Assembly (NCBI GenBank): GCA_046861645.1
Contig: JBHHUM010000019.1
Span: forward strand, 1-35,236
Reading direction: 5' to 3'
DNA from: Fidelibacterota bacterium
GTDB taxonomy: Bacteria; Fidelibacterota; Marinisomatia; Marinisomatales; UBA2128
DNA: 35,236 bases
A program made the position numbers and the translations under genes. This document shows positions 17,721-27,628 of this stretch, piece by piece. Position 1 is the stretch's first letter, and the number at the start of each line of letters is the position of its first letter. The notes below the pieces were generated by a model. That model did no database searches, had not been told where the DNA came from, and saw nothing but the letters and a program-made list of their open reading frames with translations.

Positions 17721-20700
17721 ATGAAGATTCTGAGGAAAATCATTGGGGTGGTAATGTTCTTGGGGGTGTTCATATCCTCGCAGGCAAGAACGGTGAGCCC
17801 CTTTCACTGTGTAGAGGAAGGAGCGGGTCCTGACCGTATCAAGTTTAGGATAGGTGAAATAAGTATCATCAATGAAGGTGAATTTTCTCGGATTGAGTCG
17901 GGAAGCGATGGCACAACAAGCGAATACGGTCTCCCGGAGCTTCCTGCCTTTTCTACCATGTACCAGATTGATCCGGGAAAACTCTACCGTGTTGATTTCA
18001 CAGTGATAGATTCACATGTGCTGGAGAATATCAAAGTTTATCCTCATCAGCCTCCCAGATCAGAAATAGGATTTCAATACAACAGCCCGTTCTATTCGTC
18101 AACAGTTCCTTACCCTGCGGAAAACCTGACAGTTTCCGAGCCGCAAGTCATGCGCGGCTTAAACCTCATAAATATCAGAGTCGTGCCGTTCATTTATCAT
18201 CCTGCAGAAAACAGATTAGAGGTATTCGACGAAATAGAGATCACTGTAGAGGAAACTAGTGAATCCGGTATAACAGATTATGATATGATGCCTCGGTCAA
18301 GGGCTTTCGAGCCTCTCTATGAACAGCTAATTGCTAACTATGTTGAGTCGTCAGATGAGGAGTATCAGCAACCGGCCATACTCTATATCTGTGGAGGTTC
18401 TTCTGAGTCTAACTCCTATTTTCAGCAGTTGGTGGAGTGGCGGCGTCAACGGGGATATAAAGTTTACACCGCTTCCTTGGATGAAGCTGGAGCCACTGCC
18501 AGTGAAATCAGAGACTTTATTATTTTGGTTTATTCTCGCTATGACCCCCCTCCAGAATTTGTTGCCCTCGTTGGAGATGTCAATGGAACATATAGTATTC
18601 CTACCTTTTACGAGGACTGGGGCCACAATAGTTATGGTAATCAGTGCGAAGGAGACCAACCCTACGCTCAACTTGTAGGAGAAGATTTACTTCCCGAGGT
18701 TTTTGTTGGACGGATTTCTGTCCGATCCACTAGTGAAATTGCTACTGTTACTAATAAGATAATCAGTTATGAGAAAGCTGAATATCTGGAGGACATCCAA
18801 GGGTACTATGAACGGGCTGCCCTGGTGGGTGATCCCAGTAGTTCGGGCGTTTCTACGGTTATTACCAACGAATATATTGAGGAAGTACTCGATGCCTATG
18901 GAGTAGAAGATGTCCGTACTAACTTAGGTTCTGGTAACTATGCTAACTGGATGCGCAACCAGCTCTCCGATGGTGTTCTTTACTTTAATTACCGGGGTTA
19001 TTTAGGAGTAAGTGGATTCAGCAATACTGATGTTGATCAGGCTAACAACGGGTTCATGTTACCGTTGGCTACTGTAATCACCTGTGGAACAGGTTCTTTT
19101 TCTGAGGATCAGACAGCACTGTCAGAAAAATTCCTCCGGGCGGGAACTGCCTCTACACCGGAAGGCGCTGTAGCAGCAATCGGTACTGCAACGTGGAATA
19201 CTCATACCTTATTTAACAATATTGTGGACATGGGCACCTACGACGGCATCTTTGTAAAAGGTTTGGAAACAGCGGGTGCCGGTCTGGCTAGTGGCAAGCT
19301 TGCACTCTACGCGGCCTATCCTACGAATCCCTTCAATTGGGTAAATGCTTTCTCACAATGGAACAATCTTATGGGTGATCCAGCGACCCATATTTGGACA
19401 GACACACCATCACTCTTTGTGGTTGAGCATGAGGAAACTCTCTATTTTGGTACCAATTTTGTGGATGTAACAGTTTTGGATGGGGGGTATCAACCGGTCA
19501 AAGATGCCCTTGTTTCGGTTATATCCTCAACGGGCGATTTGCATCATATAGGTTACACGAATGAATGGGGTGAAGCTGGACTAATTTTTGATTCACCAGT
19601 GGAAAGTGATCTGATTCTGACTGTTACCAAGTGGAATTGGAAACCCTATCAGGGGAATATTACTCTTCTTACCGATGATCGCCTTGTCAATTTCGATATT
19701 AATGCAAGCATTTTGGTGAATGATGAGACCGGCAATATGAACGGTATTATAAATCCTGGCGAGACCATTGGATTGTCACTGTCATTGATTAACTACGGGT
19801 CTGCAAATGCTACGGGAGTATCGGCACAATTAATTGCTGGCTCTGATTTAGTGACAATAATAGACACGACCATAGTATACGGGGAAATTGCTCCAGGTGA
19901 ATCAGTCTATGGAGAACCATTTTCTTTTATCCTGTCGCCAACCGCTGTTCATCATGAGTTTCTGGATTTACGTTTGGAAATTTTTGATGATATGGGAAAT
20001 TCCTGGTCTGCGGTAATCCCTGTAGAAGTTAAGGGTAGCCTTTTGAGGATACACAGCTTGGATATCGCTGCTCCGGGAGAAACAACTGAGCTAACCATGG
20101 TTCTTACCAATGATGGAGAAGCGGAGATTGGGGATGTGTACGCTCAATTGAACTATATTGGAGACCTGTTAGAGATTGTTGACAGTGTTGGTACTTGGAG
20201 CTCAGTCCCCCCCGGCGAATATGTAACCTCACAAGATGGCTTTACTTTGATCGCTGATGAAGATATTATTAATGGAACCTTAATTCCCCTGAATGTCCAT
20301 ATTCAAAGTACAACAGGATATGATAGAACTGAACCTTACTATCTACAAGTTGGAGAAGTATCTGTAACTGATCCCCTGGGCCCAGATGAATATGGATATT
20401 ACATTTATGATGCGGGTGATGTTGGTTATGAATTGGCTCCTTATTATGACTGGATTGAAATAGATCCCGGCTATGGTGGGGAAGGAACTGATCTCTATAT
20501 CAGTGATTATGGTAACGGGAGTTTTACCAGTTCCATTAAACATCTCAATCTTCCCTTTATATTTCGATTTTACGGGGTGGATTACGATGAGATCACGGTC
20601 TGTTCTAATGGTTGGGTGGCTCTTGGGTATTCAACATTAGAGTCATTTCGTAATTATCCCATCCCGGGACCGGGCGGACCCTCTCCAATGATAGCTGCTT

Positions 20701-22949
20701 TCTGGGATGATCTAATGACTACAGGAGGGGGCGATGTATTCAGTTATGCCGATCCAAGTGGAGACACATTTGTGATAGAGTGGTCTGATATGAAAACATA
20801 TAACAACAACCACAATGAGACTTTTCAAGTGATTCTCTACAATGTTGCGGTTGCGCCTTTTGGCGATGGTGAGATCAAAATACAGTATAAAGAGTTCAAC
20901 AATACTTCGTCTGGGAACTTCAGCGGATATACTCCTATCCACGGTGGCTATTCCACAATTGGGATCGAAGACCACCTGTCTGCTCAAGGTTTACAATACA
21001 CATTTAATAATAGCTATCCACCCGCCGCCACAGAATTAGGAGATGAATCTGCCCTTTTCATCACTACCCGTTCTTCCTCAGCACTACCCATGCCGGCTCT
21101 CACTTATTATCCAGATTCTATTGCAATGAATGTTGATCCCGGGGGGACCGTGAGTAGTGACTTGTCTATTACCAACACTGGCGATGAGGGTTCAATTTTG
21201 AATTATACTGCAAGTAGAATTCCTGTACCTCCTTTTGAAGTCAGCGCAGGTGGACCTGATGCCAATGGTTACGAATGGAGTGATTCTGATATTGATCCAG
21301 GGTTGGAGTATGATTGGATTGACGTTCCTACGGACAATGAGGTGATATTCACTCACAATGACGTTGCCTCGGGTCCTTTTGATATTGGGTTTGAGTTTCA
21401 GTTTTATGGTGAAACCTATACTCAGTGTATTATCAATCCCAATGGATGGGTCGGTTTTGGTGGGGATTGGACGGGCTATCAGAATACGGGTATTCCCACT
21501 GTGGATGCACCACGTCCAGCAATTTTTGGTTTTTGGGATGACCTGGATCCCTTACAGGGTGGTACGGTATACTATTACAATATGGCCGACAAATTTATAA
21601 TTTGGTTCGATGATGTTATACACTATCCTGGTACTTATAGTGGTACGTATAACTTTCAAATAATTTTACAGGCAGATGGAGCCGTGCAGGTTAACTACCA
21701 ATCGGTTTCAGGCGATACAGATTCACAGACGATTGGCATCCAAAATGCCAGTGGAACGGTAGGTCTTCAGGTGGTCTATAATGGAAATTATGTCACTGAC
21801 AATCTATCTGTATTCTTTCGTACACCCTTGCCGGTAGACTGGCTTTCGTTATCCGGTGAGATTGAAGGGGTTCTCAACTCTGGTGAATCGGTAGTTATCA
21901 GTGCAGACGTGGATGCTGTAGATCTTCTCCCGGGTGACTATCAGGCTTTGCTTACAATTATGACTAATGCACAACCGCTGGAAGCGGTTCCGTTAAGTTT
22001 GACAGTCTTTGGAAATATGCCACCTGTAGCAGTGAACGATTACTATACCTTGACAGAAGATGATACTTTAGTTGTTGAGGTAGAGGAAGGGGTGTTAGCT
22101 AACGACTCAGATAATGAAGGGGATCCTTTGGTGGTTACAGTCCTGCAAGAGCCTGAGGCGGGGAGTCTGACACTGGAGGAGAATGGATCATTTATCTACA
22201 GCCCAATAGCAGATTTTTTTGGTGAGGATAGTTTCAGCTATATGGTCAGCGATTCTTTGCACACAGACGAAGCGTTAGTGGTTCTTACCGTATTAGCCGT
22301 AAATGATCCTCCAGGAGCTTTCGATGTGTTGGTACCACTGCCGGATACAATGATAATTATTACACCTGAGAATCTGTCCGATGTATTTACCATTCACTGG
22401 AGCACGTCTGAGAATGTGGATAATGATGAGATAGATTATAGCCTGACGAATGTGGAAGGTCTGGATTTCCTCGAGGAGATAGAAGTGTTAGATTCGACAG
22501 AATTTACCATCACTTTGGAGGAATTATCGACACTCGTTAATGAAGATATGGTATCAGGATGGTGGAGTGTAGCCGCATACGATGAGGAATATTCAGTTTC
22601 AGCGAGTAATGGACCGTTCTCTTTAACCATTGACAAAGCATCTCTGAGTGCGGAGGAATCGGTGATACCAACGGAATTTGCATTGTATCAGAACTATCCC
22701 AATCCCTTCAATCCTGTGACGACCATAGTTTTCGACCTTCCGGAAATGACAGATGTGCAGGTAGAAATTTTCAACGTTTTAGGTCAAAAGGTTAGAACAC
22801 TTGTAAATCGTCCCTATCAGCCAGGAAGTTACCGGCTCCTTTGGGATGGTAAGAGTGATGCTCAAGCAGTTGTGCCGTCCGGAATGTACATTTATCGCAT
22901 TCAGGCGGGAGAAAATACCCAAGAGCGGAAATTACTCCTTATGAAATAA
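17721..22949 (+). CDS. Large secreted C25 (gingipain-like) multidomain protein: propeptide, C25 core, Ig-like domains, two nidogen-like modules, Big_9/cadherin-like repeat, T9SS CTD; catalytic His replaced
   Basis: GLPELP / MRG...PFIYHP propeptide-like region; WRRQRGY, FVALVGD, VFVGRIS, FNYRGY, VITCGTG, NLMGDPA core; PPVAVND...VLANDSD...GSFIYSP...VNDPP tandem-95-like repeat; NYPNPFNP...RKLLLMK CTD. Confidence 0.82.
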   Translation: MKILRKIIGVVMFLGVFISSQARTVSPFHCVEEGAGPDRIKFRIGEISIINEGEFSRIESGSDGTTSEYGLPELPAFSTMYQIDPGKLYRVDFTVIDSHVLENIKVYPHQPPRSEIGFQYNSPFYSSTVPYPAENLTVSEPQVMRGLNLINIRVVPFIYHPAENRLEVFDEIEITVEETSESGITDYDMMPRSRAFEPLYEQLIANYVESSDEEYQQPAILYICGGSSESNSYFQQLVEWRRQRGYKVYTASLDEAGATASEIRDFIILVYSRYDPPPEFVALVGDVNGTYSIPTFYEDWGHNSYGNQCEGDQPYAQLVGEDLLPEVFVGRISVRSTSEIATVTNKIISYEKAEYLEDIQGYYERAALVGDPSSSGVSTVITNEYIEEVLDAYGVEDVRTNLGSGNYANWMRNQLSDGVLYFNYRGYLGVSGFSNTDVDQANNGFMLPLATVITCGTGSFSEDQTALSEKFLRAGTASTPEGAVAAIGTATWNTHTLFNNIVDMGTYDGIFVKGLETAGAGLASGKLALYAAYPTNPFNWVNAFSQWNNLMGDPATHIWTDTPSLFVVEHEETLYFGTNFVDVTVLDGGYQPVKDALVSVISSTGDLHHIGYTNEWGEAGLIFDSPVESDLILTVTKWNWKPYQGNITLLTDDRLVNFDINASILVNDETGNMNGIINPGETIGLSLSLINYGSANATGVSAQLIAGSDLVTIIDTTIVYGEIAPGESVYGEPFSFILSPTAVHHEFLDLRLEIFDDMGNSWSAVIPVEVKGSLLRIHSLDIAAPGETTELTMVLTNDGEAEIGDVYAQLNYIGDLLEIVDSVGTWSSVPPGEYVTSQDGFTLIADEDIINGTLIPLNVHIQSTTGYDRTEPYYLQVGEVSVTDPLGPDEYGYYIYDAGDVGYELAPYYDWIEIDPGYGGEGTDLYISDYGNGSFTSSIKHLNLPFIFRFYGVDYDEITVCSNGWVALGYSTLESFRNYPIPGPGGPSPMIAAFWDDLMTTGGGDVFSYADPSGDTFVIEWSDMKTYNNNHNETFQVILYNVAVAPFGDGEIKIQYKEFNNTSSGNFSGYTPIHGGYSTIGIEDHLSAQGLQYTFNNSYPPAATELGDESALFITTRSSSALPMPALTYYPDSIAMNVDPGGTVSSDLSITNTGDEGSILNYTASRIPVPPFEVSAGGPDANGYEWSDSDIDPGLEYDWIDVPTDNEVIFTHNDVASGPFDIGFEFQFYGETYTQCIINPNGWVGFGGDWTGYQNTGIPTVDAPRPAIFGFWDDLDPLQGGTVYYYNMADKFIIWFDDVIHYPGTYSGTYNFQIILQADGAVQVNYQSVSGDTDSQTIGIQNASGTVGLQVVYNGNYVTDNLSVFFRTPLPVDWLSLSGEIEGVLNSGESVVISADVDAVDLLPGDYQALLTIMTNAQPLEAVPLSLTVFGNMPPVAVNDYYTLTEDDTLVVEVEEGVLANDSDNEGDPLVVTVLQEPEAGSLTLEENGSFIYSPIADFFGEDSFSYMVSDSLHTDEALVVLTVLAVNDPPGAFDVLVPLPDTMIIITPENLSDVFTIHWSTSENVDNDEIDYSLTNVEGLDFLEEIEVLDSTEFTITLEELSTLVNEDMVSGWWSVAAYDEEYSVSASNGPFSLTIDKASLSAEESVIPTEFALYQNYPNPFNPVTTIVFDLPEMTDVQVEIFNVLGQKVRTLVNRPYQPGSYRLLWDGKSDAQAVVPSGMYIYRIQAGENTQERKLLLMK

Positions 22950-22982
22950 TTTTTACGTAATCTGACAACCATGTTTTGCTAA

Positions 22983-24164
22983 ATGTTTCAATTGGATTAC
23001 GAGTGGGAGTGGCTTGGTGTTACTACTCTCGTTTTTTTGACGACTCTACTTATTGTACTCGGTTTGAGAGAGTTTCTGCAGCTTTCTCGTTTGGTAGTTA
23101 AAATTCCCATACGTATTCATGTTAATGGTTCCCGAGGAAAATCTTCTGTAACGCGTCTGATTGCAGCGGGTTTGAGGGCAGGAGGATTAAGGGTTCTGGC
23201 AAAGACGACAGGGACAGCTCCCAGGGTAATTGGGTTTGATGGTCAAGATCGTCTCATCCACCGTCTCAGGTCGGCTTCCATTAGTGAGCAGATTAAGATC
23301 CTCGAGAATTTCTCTGTACAGACTCCCGACGCTGTGGTATTGGAATGTATGGCTATACAACCTCAGTATCAGTGGATTAGTGAACAACAAATGATTAGAG
23401 CTACCTTGGGAGTGATAACCAACGTGCGACCGGATCATCTGGGAGAAATGGGCCATTCACTTAAGAATGTGGCGTTATCTTTGAGTAATACCATACCGAG
23501 CAATGGTCAGGTAGTAATCGGTGATGACAAATTTACCTCTGATTTCCAAGCGGTAGCTGCCAAGAGAAATGCGATAGTAGATATTGCCCTACCCGATGCA
23601 ATTTCAGCACAAGAGATTGCCAACTTTCCTGAGACAATACATCCTGATAATATCGCCGTTGCATTAAGGGCTTGTGAATTATCTGGAGTGGATAGAAATA
23701 CGGCGCTCAAGGGAATGATTGGGGCGAAGCCAGACCCTGGTGCAGCTGTTTTCATGGAGCTTAGCTCAGAGGGTAAAACCAATACATTCTTTAATGCCCT
23801 CGCCGCGAATGATCCTGAATCCACTTGTATGCTCTGGTCCCTAGTGCAGAGAAAAAATGAGCGACCCAAACTGTCTGTTTTTCTGAATACCAGAGAAGAT
23901 CGCCGCCAGCGGTCGCGCCAACTCCTTCGACTTATCGGAGAGCAAATCTTTCCTGACATCCTGGTTATTCGCGGTAATCATATTCCAGCACTGCCTCAGT
24001 TGAAGGGTATGGAGGTTAAAATTTTTCCAGCGTCGGTCAAGCCGGAGAAAATGGCTGAATACTTTATGGAAAGAGAAAACCACATGATATTTGCCATGGG
24101 GAATATTGTGGGTTGGGGTCATGAATTTGTGGATTGCCTCCGAGAGATGTACGCCTATGATTGA
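22983..24164 (+). CDS. pgsB: Poly-gamma-glutamate synthase PgsB/CapB (Mur-ligase-like amide ligase)
   Basis: N-terminal TM helix; IHVNGSRGKSSVTRL (P-loop), KTTGT, ECMAIQPQYQ, ITNVRPDH...MG, HPDN, PDPGA, AANDPEST, GNIVG.G, all characteristic of CapB/PgsB. Confidence 0.93.
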   Translation: MFQLDYEWEWLGVTTLVFLTTLLIVLGLREFLQLSRLVVKIPIRIHVNGSRGKSSVTRLIAAGLRAGGLRVLAKTTGTAPRVIGFDGQDRLIHRLRSASISEQIKILENFSVQTPDAVVLECMAIQPQYQWISEQQMIRATLGVITNVRPDHLGEMGHSLKNVALSLSNTIPSNGQVVIGDDKFTSDFQAVAAKRNAIVDIALPDAISAQEIANFPETIHPDNIAVALRACELSGVDRNTALKGMIGAKPDPGAAVFMELSSEGKTNTFFNALAANDPESTCMLWSLVQRKNERPKLSVFLNTREDRRQRSRQLLRLIGEQIFPDILVIRGNHIPALPQLKGMEVKIFPASVKPEKMAEYFMERENHMIFAMGNIVGWGHEFVDCLREMYAYD

Positions 24165-24600
24165 GATTGCATTAGGTCTAGGAATTGTACTTAGTTTGAT
24201 CCTTACAGAGACTCTTGGAGTGACAGCAGGAGGACTTATTGTTCCTGGTTACATCGCCCTCTATCTGCATGATCCTTGGAGAGTGATAGGTACGTTTGCA
24301 GTGAGTTTAGTGGTATTTGGGATTGTACGCTTACTCAGTTTTCGGATGCTGATTTATGGTAAACGTCGATTGGTTATCTGTTTACTATTAGGTTTCCTGC
24401 TCGGATCTCTATCTAAGCAATATCTCTTCTTCACAGAAGAGCAGATGAGTCTTGCCGCTATTGGTAATATAATTCCTGGTCTCATCGCCAGTTGGATGGT
24501 ACGACAAGGTGCACTTAGAACCATAAGCGTAGTAATGATCACCGCTGTTATTGTACAGCTTACCCTTATGGTTATAGGGCTGGAAACTCCTCATGTTTAG
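24157..24600 (+). CDS. pgsC: Poly-gamma-glutamate biosynthesis membrane protein PgsC/CapC
   Basis: ATG 24157 (8-nt overlap with pgsB); GIVLSL...E..G..AGGLIVPGYIAL, IYGKRR, IGNIIPGLIA.W..RQG motifs; hydrophobic throughout. Confidence 0.93.
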   Translation: MIEIALGLGIVLSLILTETLGVTAGGLIVPGYIALYLHDPWRVIGTFAVSLVVFGIVRLLSFRMLIYGKRRLVICLLLGFLLGSLSKQYLFFTEEQMSLAAIGNIIPGLIASWMVRQGALRTISVVMITAVIVQLTLMVIGLETPHV

Positions 24601-25714
24601 ACCCCATATCCAAAAGCTGGAAGTGCTCATTTTTCTGGCAATCTTTTCTATAGGGCTGTTTTACTGGGCAGCATCTGCTACAGTTATTATCAAAGCCAGG
24701 GGGTATGATTTAAAGTTAGCAGCTGCCAATAAGATGTCAGAGGCCCTCTATGTCCTTAAAGAGAATCGTCTGGGGAGCATTGGTGTGGTAATGGATGATA
24801 ATCCCAATGATCCTAATGGTACGATGTTAGTGGGGTCGGAATATACTCCTATTACTACAGACAGGGGTAACTTGGATGCTAAATTGACCACGCTCAATCC
24901 TAATTTTGCGGCTGTGGTGGCAGAGTTGTTATTGGTGGCGGAAGTGAGTAGCGGAGATACAATTGCAGTGGCCTTTACCGGATCAATGCCCGGAGCAAAC
25001 CTGGCGGTCTTAGCGGCTTGTTATGCCATGGATGTCTACCCGGTTATTATTACCTCTGTGGGAGCATCGGAGTGGGGAGCAACAGATCCTTATTTCACTT
25101 GGGTTGATATGGAAGCCGTGTTGTTGCATCAGGGGGTAGTCAATTTTACGTCTATGGCAGCTTCTATAGGCGGAGGCGGAGACGTGGGAAAAGGACTAAG
25201 TGGTAGGGGTCGTGAGCTTCTTTGGGAAGCTATCTACCGAAATAACCTGCCCTTAATTCAAGAGAAAACTCTCGAAGCAAGTATTTCCCAAAGAGTAGGT
25301 TTATTCGAGAAGTTACTCCCCCTTTCTAATTATAGGGTTTATCTAAACGTGGGGGGTGGAGTTGCCAGCGTGGGTCCCAGGATCAATGCCCGCTTAATTC
25401 CGCCGGGGTTGTCTTCTGCCGCTGCCCTTAGGGGAAATTTGGGTAACTGTGTGCTGAAGCGGTTTGTAGAAGAAGATGTTCCTATCATTCACATTCACAG
25501 TATTGATGAGCTTGCTGCCAAGTATAATATCCCTTTTCCACCCATCCCCCAGCCCGAATTAGGAAAGGGGCAGGTATTCGCTCAACTTACTTTTGACCGT
25601 AAGGTGTCATTCATTGCCCTCTTCCTATCCCTGGGAAGCCTGACAGTTGTGGGAGTAAGAAGTCATAGACAGATAAAGGAAGCGCTTGAATATGATCCGG
25701 ATGCTTCACTGTAG
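24593..25714 (+). CDS. pgsW: Poly-gamma-glutamate system protein (PgsW-type), two TM anchors with a periplasmic domain
   Basis: DPN.T.LVG.EYTPITT..GNL.AK.T.LNPNFAA, GSMPGANLA, SVGASEWGA, SIGGGGD.G, NVGGG, VPIIH motifs; 8-nt overlap with pgsC; no metallophosphatase (CapA) motifs. Confidence 0.85.
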   Translation: MFRPHIQKLEVLIFLAIFSIGLFYWAASATVIIKARGYDLKLAAANKMSEALYVLKENRLGSIGVVMDDNPNDPNGTMLVGSEYTPITTDRGNLDAKLTTLNPNFAAVVAELLLVAEVSSGDTIAVAFTGSMPGANLAVLAACYAMDVYPVIITSVGASEWGATDPYFTWVDMEAVLLHQGVVNFTSMAASIGGGGDVGKGLSGRGRELLWEAIYRNNLPLIQEKTLEASISQRVGLFEKLLPLSNYRVYLNVGGGVASVGPRINARLIPPGLSSAAALRGNLGNCVLKRFVEEDVPIIHIHSIDELAAKYNIPFPPIPQPELGKGQVFAQLTFDRKVSFIALFLSLGSLTVVGVRSHRQIKEALEYDPDASL

Positions 25715-26573
25715 TACTTTTTGTTCTGCAACTCTCATTTTTTTTCTGTTGCATTCTGGAGGATTAGCCAAAGTATTAGCTCCTGAACAAAAAGATAAGA
25801 AGGAAATTCTTATCATTGAGGGTAAACGAAGAACCTATTACCAGCTTCATAAAGATGAATTGGTTTATAACCTAGAAGGACCACTGCGTTTGGAAATAAT
25901 TACTCGCCGTGCAGTACCAAGAAGAGACAACAGATTGCGATCTTTTGGTTATAGTTTGGTACTAGACGAAAAGGATGAACTGCAAGTCATACATAAACAG
26001 AAACGCTCCAAGGGTGTTACTTCACCCCAACATCCAGGCCATGGTTATACACGCTCTGAGAAATACTACTTGAATATCCCCAAGGGTCATCATACGCTGG
26101 TCCTGCGACCACTGGCTAAACGGAACTCTCCAGTTCTGGTTCGTTTGCTCACCAAAAGATTTGAAAAGAGTGAAGGGGGACATTTATTGGTGCCTGAGGA
26201 CAGAGAGATTCAACAACATTTACAAGTTGAGAGGAAGAAGTATCGTTATTATGAATTGATACCGGAAAAGAAGATTACCATTGATACCTACCATGTTAGC
26301 AAAGTATTAATCCTCAGCCGATTGGTTTTTGCTGATGGCATGTCTGCTGAAGAAAACTATCGGTTACGAATTTGGAGGGACGGTAAACTCCTGGGCACTT
26401 ATTTCTTTATGACCGAGAAATCCGAGGTAAGCACTATTTTAGAGGATAAAACCGTTGTGCCAGGGAAACGCCGGACTTGCGAGATAGCCATCAGTGAGGG
26501 AGGGCAAAAATTGACAGTGGAGCTGCTGGACAAAGGCAAACGAGCCTACATCAGATGTGTGGGTTATGATTAA
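25686..26573 (+). CDS. Hypothetical exported, Lys/Arg-rich protein with two tandem homologous beta-rich domains
   Basis: 295-aa ORF overlapping pgsW; hydrophobic signal peptide ending GGLA; internal duplication (EGKRRTYYQL vs ERKKYRYYEL). Start could be 25686, 25692 or 25701. Confidence 0.7.
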   Translation: MNMIRMLHCSTFCSATLIFFLLHSGGLAKVLAPEQKDKKEILIIEGKRRTYYQLHKDELVYNLEGPLRLEIITRRAVPRRDNRLRSFGYSLVLDEKDELQVIHKQKRSKGVTSPQHPGHGYTRSEKYYLNIPKGHHTLVLRPLAKRNSPVLVRLLTKRFEKSEGGHLLVPEDREIQQHLQVERKKYRYYELIPEKKITIDTYHVSKVLILSRLVFADGMSAEENYRLRIWRDGKLLGTYFFMTEKSEVSTILEDKTVVPGKRRTCEIAISEGGQKLTVELLDKGKRAYIRCVGYD

Positions 26574-27627
26574 GGTGCAAACCAGACTGTTAATACTGAT
26601 GGCTACCCAGGTGATGAATATTGTTGCCGCACCGTCGTTTTTTAATTCATTGCGGGTACCGATCTTTGTTAAACCAGTAGTAGCCCTGGGTTATGATAAT
26701 AATATGTTCAAATTTTCATCACATGAAATGGAGGAGATGATTCCATGGGACGATGCCCTGGGGAATGCCGAAACTTTCGATAGTGAAATCGTCTATCCCC
26801 AGATTGAGCTTTTGTACAGCCCAGTGTTTTCACTGAAGCATGAAACGAATTTTCGTCTTACTTTTGGACGAGCACTATACAGTCGGTCAAAGGAAAAATC
26901 TTACTCATCTTTCTCCTTGAAGTTTGAGTATCATCTGGGGATTTATCAGTGGTTGAAAGTGGGATACTCACTGCAGCCGGATCTTTATCTCAGACCCTAT
27001 CGTGATGGGGATGCCATTTCTCAGGAGTTAACCCCGTGTGGCTTTGCCAATGAGACTTTCTATCTATCCTACAGTCATCCGTTGACTAAACGAAGTTGGA
27101 TTATGATAAAAGGTCGGCGCATTAATCAGTACTTTAAGCCGAGTTTTACAGAGTTTGATACGGAGATTGCAACCGGATATTTACGTTTTAGCGCCAAACC
27201 CATTAAGCGACTGCGAACATCTGTGTGGTTGGAAAGGGGCAGAGGTGATAACTCTACATATGATAATGGATTGGCAACATCAGGTTTTAACCGCTCGTAC
27301 CGGTTTGATAGAGTTGGGATTAAGACGGCATGGAGGTTTAATAAACCGTCAATAAAAATTGAATTATCGGTTGATAGTGAAATTCGCTATTATGTTGCTG
27401 AGAACAGTAATGATCCTCTTCATAGTGGACGAAGCCATCAGGACTATCGTTATAAGCTGCTATTCCAGAAGGAGTTCATTGATGGTTTAGCCGTAGTGGT
27501 AGATGTCCGCTATCGGAAGAGGATAACAGATTCAGAGTTTAACTGGGTAACTGAATTGAAAAGTTTTCAGAAGACGGAGTTTTGGCTTACGTTTAGTTAC
27601 GACCTTGTGTGGGATCTTTTTTACTAA
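26566..27627 (+). CDS. Putative outer-membrane beta-barrel protein
   Basis: Many alternating amphipathic aromatic-rich strands (FSLKFEYHL, WLKVGYSL, FYLSYSH, VGIKTAWRF, VVVDVRYRKR, FWLTFSYDL); LGYDNN motif near the N-terminus; aromatic C-terminus. ATG 26566 gives an 8-nt overlap. Confidence 0.68.
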   Translation: MIKVQTRLLILMATQVMNIVAAPSFFNSLRVPIFVKPVVALGYDNNMFKFSSHEMEEMIPWDDALGNAETFDSEIVYPQIELLYSPVFSLKHETNFRLTFGRALYSRSKEKSYSSFSLKFEYHLGIYQWLKVGYSLQPDLYLRPYRDGDAISQELTPCGFANETFYLSYSHPLTKRSWIMIKGRRINQYFKPSFTEFDTEIATGYLRFSAKPIKRLRTSVWLERGRGDNSTYDNGLATSGFNRSYRFDRVGIKTAWRFNKPSIKIELSVDSEIRYYVAENSNDPLHSGRSHQDYRYKLLFQKEFIDGLAVVVDVRYRKRITDSEFNWVTELKSFQKTEFWLTFSYDLVWDLFY

Positions 27628-27628
27628 G

